A stretch of 64,000 nt of DNA from Antedon mediterranea (lineage: Eukaryota; Animalia; Echinodermata). The notes under the pieces were generated by a model, which was given only the letters and a program-made list of their open reading frames with translations, did no database searches and was not told where the DNA came from. Location: positions 760,422 through 824,421 of the forward strand of contig NC_092678.1 in assembly GCF_964355755.1 (NCBI RefSeq), in the 5' to 3' direction. Below are positions 12,372 through 24,300 of this stretch, piece by piece (position 1 is the stretch's first letter; each line of letters opens with the position of its first letter). The position numbers and the translations under genes are program-made.

Positions 12372-15300
12372 CTATAAAGAACATTAATGTAACTATTTGT
12401 TCGAAATGCCAACAAACCCTAAAGCAGTCTACACTATTAAACTAGTTTGACAAAAAAAGTGTGATGTGCCCAAATATGGTATTGACATGCCCAAATATGG
12501 TAGTGATATGACCATATATGGGCACATCACATTTTGATAGTGTAGTGTGGTAACTATTAGGCCTACCGATATGTTTGTTCTGGCTTCCTAAATTCACCAT
12601 TAGGAACGTGGCTAATTAACTACCAAATACTAGGTGGTAAGAATGTACTTAAAGATCTTAAGTAGTACTTACTTCCAATCCAGAAGGTTCAACCTTAACG
12701 TTTGTCAACATATTCTGTATATATACCATACACTGCTTCAATTGCGACTGTAAGGACAGTAGTCATTATTAATAGTTTGTGTACCATGTGTTTAAAAAAA
12801 ATAAATATTAATTAAAATTAAATAAAGTAGAGATTGTCTGGACAATTCTGATGCTACAACCATCTTCTGTCTAGCATTACTCCAGATGACGGTTCTAGCA
12901 TACACACACTGCCAACCTCATTTTTTAACAGTGTTTATTCTCAATGTGCAAACAATAACATTGAAAAGACAATGTTAAATTAAAACAATTACCTACCTAT
13001 ATATCTCATCTTGATTGTTTATTTCGTCTTTTGAATCTACGCTAATTATATTGTTTTCATTTCCATAAACTCTTTATTATACCAGAACAAAAACTCAAGT
13101 TACTTTACCTCCAAATTTTCATCTCGTTGAACTTTAGCAGACAACTGACTGATGCGCGCTGTTCTTTTGGACTTGCGAGACGACGGTTTGCCCGTACTTG
13201 GTGGCGTAATTGGTTTATCAGCAACTTTCGGCTTGTCTGATAACGACATCTCAGCATTCTGTTTGAGTCCAACAAGTTTCTTGTGAAGAAATGTAAGGTG
13301 TGTGTACTGTAAAACACGCTTTGCACAAGTTTCGTTGGTGGCAGTAGATGACGTTTTTGATGTGTATGTGTAAAGAAGAAGGATGGCGTCATTAGATGAC
13401 GAGGTCAACGCACTTCTGTACCATTGAACACACAGTTGTTTAGCCGACTTCAATGCCGGAATCTTATTGTTATACTTGACCGGTTCCTTGACCGCTGGTG
13501 ATTTCTCTTTCACGTTTCTAATTGGGATGTCCGGTTGAACAGCTGGTTCAATTGGAGCAAGATGCATTTGAGGTGGAGGATAGATAGCACTGCATTCTGA
13601 TGAGTATACTGATAAGTGAGTGTTTAAAAATGAGTGCATATGCTTAAGTCGTAGAGAAGCGGTATCTGCTAATAATGGTAGCCGGACTACATTCCTGCTA
13701 GTGCTAATATCTGCAGCTGTATCTGTTGATATCTCAACATCTGGTACCTTTGTATCTTTAGTCAGTTTCTTGTTGTCTGCTATTTTCTTGTCATCTGCTA
13801 AGCAGTCATTGACGCCCACAGCCGACATACTGCACATACGCTGTAGGATTGACGTATAGCTAATTAGATGTCTCCAGGTCAGTTGAGGTTCTTCCATTTT
13901 AGCATCCCATTTGTAGTCTTCACTCCCTTCAGTCACAGGGTCTAAAACATTCTTGCCGTCCAGGAAGGGACCACGCAAATCATCAAACCCTAAAATAGGT
14001 CATGATTCAATTAGTTTTTACTACTCTATTTATTTATAGTGTGCTTTGAGAAGATTAATTTGGCACAGTTTTAAATATTCTAGGCTCCCGTCAAATCACA
14101 TAATCTCTTCTCAGGGTTTAGTATTTCATTGATTTCCTGTACTTTAAATGATACCTTGTTGCACTGTTATTTTCACATGTCTGTTCTATTTATCAATTGA
14201 ACAAGTTTGACCTTTAACCTTTTTCTATAACATCATACTGTTTCATTAGAGTCTGTTCCGACTTTACAATGGTTGCATGTGGTATCAATTTTTAGATAAA
14301 CCAAATTGATTTCCTGTAGTTTAAATGATGCCTTGTTGTACTGTTTTTTTCTGTTATTATGATATGGCTGTTAAATATTTTGTCGTCAATTGAACAAGTT
14401 TGACCTTTTTCTTAAATTTCATACTGTCATTTAATTAGAGCCTGTTCACACTTTACAATTTACACATGTAATTGTCGCGTGTGGTGTCAATTTTGAGATA
14501 AACCAGCTGTTTCAAAAACTCAACTGATGAGGTGGATTTTTCAATTCATTAAACCGCAACTGATTAACCACAAGATAAGGAGAAATTTGACCTTACTAGT
14601 GTAAAAAGACGCATATAATATGACCTTGCCTGGTAAATTTTGTCATTTTATATGTGTAAATCCTTTTTTGTAGTCCCAACAGTTCGTCTGCTCATGGACG
14701 TATAAAAATTGATACCTCCATGGTCTGCTTAATCCCAAGAGTAATTTAGGTTACACATGTAAGTGCGAACACAGCTTTAGTTAATGAAGTAAATAATACC
14801 TTGTTCTGCTGCCACCATGAGGTCTTCTTTCAAGAAGCCTGGTATGTCATTCTTCACAGCATCCTTAGCAGGGATAGTAGTCAGTGTAGCATCACCAATA
14901 AGAAGAGTGAATCTACGCTGTGCTTTGGCTATCAAGGTAGCAGCACATACAGCCTGCCAAGCCGCGTGCGATTCTTTTGTTCTCTCTCGTTGCCGTTCTC
15001 TCTCAATTGTTTCTTGTTTGTTGACCTTCTTACTTGATTTCTTAGCAGATGAAGATGGCTGTGAAAGTTAACAAAGGAATTACATTTTCAAATAATCTTG
15101 AAAAGCTGACTATGATAATGTCATTGACTTTTCCATTAATTTAGGTCTAAAACATGATGACATTGTGAACTAAAATACACAACAGGATTTACTTGTTCAC
15201 AAAAAGTTTGGAAGAAAAAGGAAGCTTAACCTAAAGCTCTGTCTACACTATAAAACTTTGTGACAAAACAATTTGACATGCCCAAATATGGGCACATCAC

Positions 15301-18300
15301 ATTTGTTGTCACATAAAAGTTTGATAGTGTAGACAGAGCTTAATTTTTTATCAAAATTTAGTGTTTTCTGTTTAGATGATTGGAAAAAGAAACATAAAAA
15401 GTATGACAACATTTTGTTTAGTGTAGTTTTAATTTGAAGTCAAAGCGTTGGGTTGAGGATAAGTTGTCTTGTTACCTTAGCTTGTTGTGACACTGTAGTA
15501 GAACCGTCGTCAGGTTCGACAGGCATGCTCAGTATGTTACTTCCCTTCAAATATGCTTTTGCTATCTCAAGATATGCCTCTTTTATCAACCTATACAAAT
15601 GATGAGTTATTTAATGCGTCTTGTTAAAAACTACTATAGGCCTATAAACGTAGTAACATGTACCACAAAAATCCAAGAAAAAACAAGGGGCAGTATACTA
15701 AATGATAAACATCCATTACACCAACATTATGTATGGCTAAGGCGAGGAAAGCGAGTACGTAGCACACTATGTAGAACTAACAGATATCTAAATTCATTCG
15801 TCCCTTTTTCCAAGATATGCTTCTTTTATCAATCTATACAAAAGATGAGTTATTTTACGTTAAAAACATAACTATAGTGTAAATGAATCACACACATTTT
15901 GTTTATTAAGAATCTTTCAATTAACAATATTATGTTAATTCATTTTGCGCATGTAGATGTATTGGGATGTGTTTCTACCTCCACAGCTTGACACAGTTTG
16001 ATGATTTCTAAATCCAGACAACCACCGATGACACATCGATTGACCTGACCTAGGTAGGTCATTCAACATCGCAAATTCAAAGCTCTTTATTGATTGTATT
16101 AATATTGTTTAAGGGTTTGCTTAGTGAAGTTTTTTTGCGGTACAGCATGTGATTCCGAAAGGAAATTAAATGTGATACTCTCTATTTCTCTGTATCAATG
16201 ATTTGTATGTCACATTAGTCATTAGGTCATGTTTTGTTATAAATTCAATAAAGCAAAATAATCATTAAATTAATAGGTTGAAAGACCTCAATGGTGAAAA
16301 ACAAGAAAGCAAGAACATCCCGTTTTTCCAGTTCAAATTTATTCTTTTATAATTTTTGATTTTAATTAAACCCACATAACCTTAGTCATTAGGTAATTAT
16401 TTGTGACACACTATTAATTTTGATTGTTTGAATTTGTGCTATTTTTGTGACCTACTTTATTAACCATTATTAATCAAAGTACTGAGCGTAGTGGAGGATC
16501 ACTAAAGGTCAACTTAGACGGTGTCGTACAACGAGAAGATTAAATTAAGTTCTTCCGATGACCTAAAAACTACACCCTACGCTATCTCAAGAAAACTCGT
16601 CCAGTCGGGATTCAACTCAGACAGCACCAACAAGTAAAGGCGTTTCGTTGGGCCTTGTGGTACGACGCTGTCCGAGTTGGCCTTTAGTGAGATCACTTAC
16701 TGTAGATCGTGGTTGGAAGTAAAGCTGGTTGAGATGGCTTGGATGAGTGTATCTACAACAGACCTACACGAACAAAATCCACACTTGAACAGTTGTTGTT
16801 CTACTTTACCTGGCAAGAGAAACAATCACAATATCAAGAAGCAAGAATATTTATATTCAGGGAAGGTGTTTATGTTGTTATGTGTAATATGGTAACATGT
16901 ATAATCAAATTAATTCCATCTAAATATGAAAATATTATTAATATCTAGAAGTGATACAGTAGAATTGGTATCAAAATGCTTGGTAAATTGTAGATCATGT
17001 CAATCAATGAATTCTACTACAAATAGGAATGTGTTGTATTCGAGGGGGAATTTATTCAAAGAATTCATTTAAATACATACCAAAGGTAAGCAGTATTTCT
17101 GCTTGTAAGGTTGGGTTTGTACGAACGCACAGTTTGCTGAGAGACAAAGCACTTGCTAACACATCACCACTTAAGCGCCACAGGTTTGAATCTGATTCAT
17201 TTCTATCAAAACAAAAAAAAACAGAATTTTATATTAAGGTTAATCATCTGAGGAAACATAATGTACATTTCTATAAACAATATTTCGTCATGAGGTAATT
17301 TCCCGCATGATCGTAATCAAAACGGTACTGGGTTTGGTCTACTAGCGTTCCTGCTCCAAACTCGTCATCCATTCATAGAAGCCTTAACGAAGTAAGCCTA
17401 CCTGGTGGTGACCATAGAACGGTTCCGAGATAACGACTATACTTCGGCTTTAGTCGATAGAAGATTGAAATATTGTTAGAGATAGAGTATACGATGTTTG
17501 ATTATGTGTAGATGTGTGATTTGTTTTATTATTCAAGTGATGTTCCGCATAAAGAGATGAAGAAAGTAGTTGGTGTTATGGTTTTGCATATCAATTAATT
17601 ATCCTAGACAATATAGGATGCGATAATTATTATTTTATATATATTTTTTCAATATTGATTGTTATGATTATAATAATATTAATAAAAAGATATTTGTTAG
17701 TATAAATTTAAAATACAATGTACAATATACAAAACAATATTTATGATACTAGTCCCCTACCTTAAGCTAGCCTCCCTTGCCAGGCTGTGACCAATCCTCA
17801 TTTTCAGTTTTACCAATAGCAGAATATGTGGTAGGTGAATGTTCTGGAACGGGAAGGCTAGGCTTGATAATGATGGCTGTACGTTATGTATCTCAATACA
17901 CTCTCCAAGAAACTTCATCTGAAAACAAAAAACAATTGAAAACATATTTTGAGGTTTACTGTACAGAACAAAGCTTTTTTTTAATAACCATTTCAATTAA
18001 TAATTAAATACCAGATTGTCAACCAATAAAAGTGAAGGCAACAAGCCTGTTTATACTGTTAAGGCAAATTTACAAAGACGAGCGATAACGGTAAGCAGAA
18101 AACCGTCCCACGTAGAATCTTTATTTTTTAAGAGCTGGTTTCCACTCAACCATCTGCTCCGCATTTTGTGTAAATGTTCATAAGAAATAACATAGATTCT
18201 ATATTGTTATTTTTTGTATACCGTTACTGCTCACCTTTACTGCTAGCCTTTGTAAAATTGGCCTTTCTCTTTTGTAGGACTAAACCGCACCAATTTTTTT

Positions 18301-21300
18301 TTCATCAAGGTAAGTATTCACACAACAAAAACACTAACCTGTTGAAGTAGCTTATGTTGCACTGTGCAATAACTCTGCAGTATAGCCTGCACGGCCGACG
18401 ACTTGTTTTCATCTTGTGGGATGACTAAAGCCTCCAAATCAGTTAGATGCGTTCTTGTAAGACACAACAAAAGAGAGGCTTCTGGAGAGAGTGTTTGCAG
18501 GTCATTCAGTAGGTCAATCACCTCCTGTAAATGAGAATGTTATCAAGAAGACAGTGTAAAGGTTATAGAAAGCTCAACAAATATGGCTGAACCAAATCGG
18601 CCAATCGGATACGGAAGTTTGAAGTTATGGTAAAAAAAAATTGTCATTAATACTTTTCATAATTATCAATTTATATACTAATGTATTAAAAAAATTACCT
18701 TCAATGTTTCCTTAACATCTGATAGTGATCGGCCTTCTTGTAGGTCCAAGAGGGCGCCCTGCATCAGAAACTCTGCTTGTAGTTCAATGTCTCCGCATGC
18801 CTCAGCTTCTGTAAGTCCTTGCATACAATGATCTCTGCATTCACTTAATTCCAGTTTGTTACAATCAACATCTAAAAGTAAAAACATATTTCTTACTTTC
18901 ATACTCAATTGGTTCTCAAGCAATCAGTTACACTTCATGGTTTTAAATAATTATAAGACTCTTCCATTAGGTTATTCATGATAAAGAGTTATAATGAATA
19001 TTGGACAAATTCAAGTAGTCTCTTCTGATTGTATCCTTTTATGTTGGTAATTACGTTAGTGTTCCTTTACGAAAGCACTATTAGTGGATGTTTTGATTTG
19101 ATATTTCATCACAACTTTCCAGGTCAAGAATAGGTATGATCTGCCAAAATGTTTTTCTTTTTTTCAAATATTAGGCCAAATTTAGATAAATTGCTCACCT
19201 GATAAGCGCCCCATACCCTTCACACCAGTCATCAGGTTCTTCACCAGCATCAGCCTGCTATTCAGCCACAGTCTACCATCAAGGCGTGCCCGGCTTTGAG
19301 AGTTCTGGTACTGGAAGTGACTAGACTGGATATCCTCATTGTCTTCATCAAGAGAGTACAAAGATAGTGGTGGTATATGCTGTCGACTACCTTTCATTGA
19401 AGAAGTTCTGTAAAATGAGTGACAGAAAGTTCTGTAAAATGAGTGACAGAAAGTTCTGTAAAATGAGTGACCGAAAGTACTGTAAAATGAGTGACCGAAA
19501 GTTCTGTAAAATGAGTGACAGAAAGTTCTGTAAAATAAATGACATAAAGTTCTGTAAAATTAGTGACAGAAAGTTCTGTAAAATGAGTGACAAAGTTCTG
19601 TAAAATGAGTGACAGAAAGTTCTGAGACCTTAGGATTGGAAGGCTACAGCTTGATAATGATATAATTTACCTGAAAGGTGTGGTTGTCTTCTTTGTAGGT
19701 ATTTCTTTGAAGAGTGAGCTTGATTGTATTGCCAGCATAGCAGAGGCAACTATGGAGGCCGATTTGGATGCTAGTTGATGTTGGCAGTAAATAGAGCCCA
19801 ACTCTAGCTTACCAAGAAGTACTAACTCTAATTCAGATGCATGTAGACATTCCGCACCTAAACATAATATTCATTTTCATTATGAGTAATTGCTTTTTGA
19901 TGAATGTCTAGTAAAAACAATTTATAAAAAAAACTGATAATAATAATAATTTGATCCTAATTAATATAGATAACAATAAAGTATTTTGTAAACCTTTTTC
20001 TTCCATGCAGTCTACCAGGATGTGGAGAAATCTCTCAGCAGTACTCAATAGTACTCCCTGTGAAACATAAAAAAACAACAGATTGTGGTATAACCACAGT
20101 GACGTTACGCAGGAGGCATAGGCCCCTAGGTAGTTGCATTGGGGCTGCTCATGCTCTGGGGCCCCTAGGTAGTTGCATTGGGGCTGCTCATGCTCTGGGG
20201 CCCCTAGGTAGTTGCATTGGGGCTGCTCATGCTCTGGGGCCCCTAGGTAGTTGCATTGGGGCTGCTCATGCTCTGGGGCCCCTAGGTAGTTGCATTGGGG
20301 CTGCTCATGCTCTGGGGCCCCTAGGTAGTTGCATTGGGGCTGCTCATGCTCTGGGGCCCCTAGGTAGTTGCATTGGGGCTGCTCATGCTCTGGGGCCCCT
20401 AGGTAGTTGCATTGGGGCTGCTCATGCTCTGGGGCCCCTAGGTAGTTGCATTGGGGCTGCTCATGCTCTGGGCCCCTAGGTAGTTGCATTGGGGCTGCTC
20501 ATGCTCTGGGGCCCCTAGGTAGTTGCATTGGGGCTGCTCATGCTCTGGGGCCCCTAGGTAGTTGCATTGGGGCTGCTCATGCTCTGGGCCCCTAGGTAGT
20601 TGCATTGGGGCTGCTCATGCTCTGGGGCCCCTAGGTAGTTGCATTGGGGCTGCTCATGCTCTGGGGCCCCCCTAGGTAGTTGCATTGGGGCTGCTCATGC
20701 TCTGGGGCCCCTAGGTAGTTGCATTGGGGCTGCTCATGCTCTGGGCCCCTAGGTAGTTGCATTGGGGCTGCTCATGCTCTGGGGCCCCTAGGTAGTTGCA
20801 TTGGGGCTGCTCATGCTCTGGGCCCCTAGGTAGTTGCATTGGGGCTGCTCATGCTCTGGGGCCCCTAGGTAGTTGCATTGGGGCTGCTCATGCTCTGGGC
20901 CCCTAGGTAGTTGCATTGGGGCTGCTCATGCTCTGGGGCCCCTAGGTAGTTGCATTGGGGCTGCTCATGCTCTGGGCCCCTAGGTAGTTGCATTGGGGCT
21001 GCTCATGCTCTGGGCCCCTAGGTAGTTGCATTGGGGCTGCTCATGCTCTGGGGCCCCTAGGTAGTTGCATTGGGGCTGCTCATGCTCTGGGGCCCCTAGG
21101 TAGTTGCATTGGGGCTGCTCATGCTCTGGGCCCCTAGGTAGTTGCATTGGGGCTGCTCATGCTCTGGGCCCCTAGGTAGTTGCATTGGGGCTGCTCATGC
21201 TCTGGGGCCCCTAGGTAGTTGCATTGGGGCTGCTCATGCTCTGGGGCCCCTAGGTAGTTGCATTGGGGCTGCTCATGCTCTGGGGCCCCTAGGTAGTTGC

Positions 21301-24300
21301 ATTGGGGCTGCTCATGCTCTGGGGCCCCTAGGTAGTTGCATTGGGGCTGCTCATGCTCTGGGCCCCTAGGTAGTTGCATTGGGGCTGCTCATGCTCTGGG
21401 GCCCCTAGGTAGTTGCATTGGGGCTGCTCATGCTCTGGGGCCCCCCTAGGTAGTTGCATTGGGGCTGCTCATGCTCTGGGGCCCCTAGGTAGTTGCATTG
21501 GGGCTGCTCATGCTCTGGGCCCCTAGGTAGTTGCATTGGGGCTGCTCATGCTCTGGGGCCCCTAGGTAGTTGCATTGGGGCTGCTCATGCTCTGGGCCCC
21601 TAGGTAGTTGCATTGGGGCTGCTCATGCTCTGGGGCCCCTAGGTAGTTGCATTGGGGCTGCTCATGCTCTGGGCCCCTAGGTAGTTGCATTGGGGCTGCT
21701 CATGCTCTGGGGCCCCTAGGTAGTTGCATTGGGGCTGCTCATGCTCTGGGCCCCTAGGTAGTTGCATTGGGGCTGCTCATGCTCTGGGGCCCCTAGGTAG
21801 TTGCATTGGGGCTGCTCATGCTCTGGGGCCCCTAGGTAGTTGCATTGGGGCTGCTCATGCTCTGGGGCCCCTAGGTAGTTGCATTGGGGCTGCTCATGCT
21901 CTGGGCCCCTAGGTAGTTGCATTGGGGCTGCTCATGCTCTGGGCCCCTAGGTAGTTGCATTGGGGCTGCTCATGCTCTGGGGCCCCTAGGTAGTTGCATT
22001 GGGGCTGCTCATGCTCTGGGGCCCCCCTAGGTAGTTGCATTGGGGCTGCTCATGCTCTGGGGCCCCTAGGTAGTTGCATTGGGGCTGCTCATGCTCTGGG
22101 GCCCCCCTAGGTAGTTGCATTGGGGCTGCTCATGCTCTGGGGCCCCTAGGTAGTTGCATTGGGGCTGCTCATGCTCTGGGCCCCTAGGTAGTTGCATTGG
22201 GGCTGCTCATGCTCTGGGGCCCCTAGGTAGTTGCATTGGGGCTGCTCATGCTCTGGGCCCCTAGGTAGTTGCATTGGGGCTGCTCATGCTCTGGGGCCCC
22301 TAGGTAGTTGCATTGGGGCTGCTCATGCTCTGGGCCCCTAGGTAGTTGCATTGGGGCTGCTCATGCTCTGGGGCCCCTAGGTAGTTGCATTGGGGCTGCT
22401 CATGCTCTGGGCCCCTAGGTAGTTGCATTGGGGCTGCTCATGCTCTGGGCCCCTAGGTAGTTGCATTGGGGCTGCTCATGCTCTGGGGCCCCTAGGTAGT
22501 TGCATTGGGGCTGCTCATGCTCTGGGCCCCTAGGTAGTTGCATTGGGGCTGCTCATGCTCTGGGGCCCCTAGGTAGTTGCATTGGGGCTGCTCATGCTCT
22601 GGGGCCCCTAGGTAGTTGCATTGGGGCTGCTCATGCTCTGGGGCCCCTAGGTAGTTGCATTGGGGCTGCTCATGCTCTGGGGCCCCTAGGTAGTTGCATT
22701 GGGGCTGCTCATGCTCTGGGCCCCTAGGTAGTTGCATTGGGGCTGCTCATGCTCTGGGGCCCCCCTAGGTAGTTGCATTGGGGCTGCTCATGCTCTGGGC
22801 CCCTAGGTAGTTGCATTGGGGCTGCTCATGCTCTGGGCCCCTAGGTAGTTGCATTGGGGCTGCTCATGCTCTGGGGCCCCTAGGTAGTTGCATTGGGGCT
22901 GCTCATGCTCTGGGGCCCCTAGGTAGTTGCATTGGGGCTGCTCATGCTCTGGGGCCCCTAGGTAGTTGCATTGGGGCTGCTCATGCTCTGGGGCCCCTAG
23001 GTAGTTGCATTGGGGCTGCTCATGCTCTGGGCCCCTAGGTAGTTGCATTGGGGCTGCTCATGCTCTGGGCCCCTAGGTAGTTGCATTGGGGCTGCTCATG
23101 CTCTGGGCCCCTAGGTAGTTGCATTGGGGCTGCTCATGCTCTGGGGCCCCTAGGTAGTTGCATTGGGGCTGCTCATGCTCTGGGCCCCTAGGTAGTTGCA
23201 TTGGGGCTGCTCATGCTCTGGGCCCCTAGGTAGTTGCATTGGGGCTGCTCATGCTCTGGGCCCCTAGGTAGTTGCATTGGGGCTGCTCATGCTCTGGGGC
23301 CCCTGGGTTTAGCCAGTGGGGCTGCTCATGCTCTGGGGCCCCTAGGTAGTTGCATTGGGGCTGCTCATGCTCTGGGGCCCCTAGGTAGTTGCATTGGGGC
23401 TGCTCATGCTCTGGGGCCCCTAGGTAGTTGCATTGGGGCTGCTCATGCTCTGGGGCCCCTGGGTTTAGCCAGTGGGGCTGCTCATGCTCTGGGCCCCTAG
23501 GTAGTTGCATTGGGGCTGCTCATGCTCTGGGGCCCCTAGGTAGTTGCATTGGGGCTGCTCATGCTCTGGGCCCCTAGGTAGTTGCATTGGGGCTGCTCAT
23601 GCTCTGGGGCCCCTAGGTAGTTGCATTGGGGCTGCTCATGCTCTGGGGCCCCTAGGTAGTTGCATTGGGGCTGCTCATGCTCTGGGGCCCCTAGGTAGTT
23701 GCATTGGGGCTGCTCATGCTCTGGGCCCCTAGGTAGTTGCATTGGGGCTGCTCATGCTCTGGGCCCCTAGGTAGTTGCATTGGGGCTGCTCATGCTCTGG
23801 GGCCCCTAGGTAGTTGCATTGGGGCTGCTCATGCTCTGGGGCCCCTAGGTAGTTGCATTGGGGCTGCTCATGCTCTGGGGCCCCTAGGTAGTTGCATTGG
23901 GGCTGCTCATGCTCTGGGGCCCCTAGGTAGTTGCATTGGGGCTGCTCATGCTCTGGGGCCCCCCTAGGTAGTTGCATTGGGGCTGCTCATGCTCTGGAGC
24001 CCCTGGGTTTAGCCACTGAGCACTCATAGCGGTTACTTAATTAAGTTTAATTGGATTTTAATTGTAATACAAAATTAAATCTATTAACACTAATAAAGAC
24101 TAACCTTGATTTTTTCTAAACTTGGTGAATTTTTTCCCAATGAAAACCTTCCATTGTCATCGCGTACCTTCACACTTTCGACAGACGCCTCATCCACGGA
24201 AGAAGTAGCTAGATAAATTTTTAAAAAAAGTTTAAAATGTTGCCATATGGATCGAATAAAAGAAACAAATGATTTAGCTGTCCTTTGGTGAGTGCTTTAA

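Noticed and set aside
14627-14730. Possible extra CFAP54 exon with a GC donor
   Set aside because: Stops occur in all three frames, and the flanking exons already join in frame.
19908-23977. Many repetitive ORFs (PEHEQPQCNYLGA / GSCIGAAHALGPL)
   Set aside because: These are translations of a 38-39 bp satellite with constant frameshifts, intronic in CFAP54.
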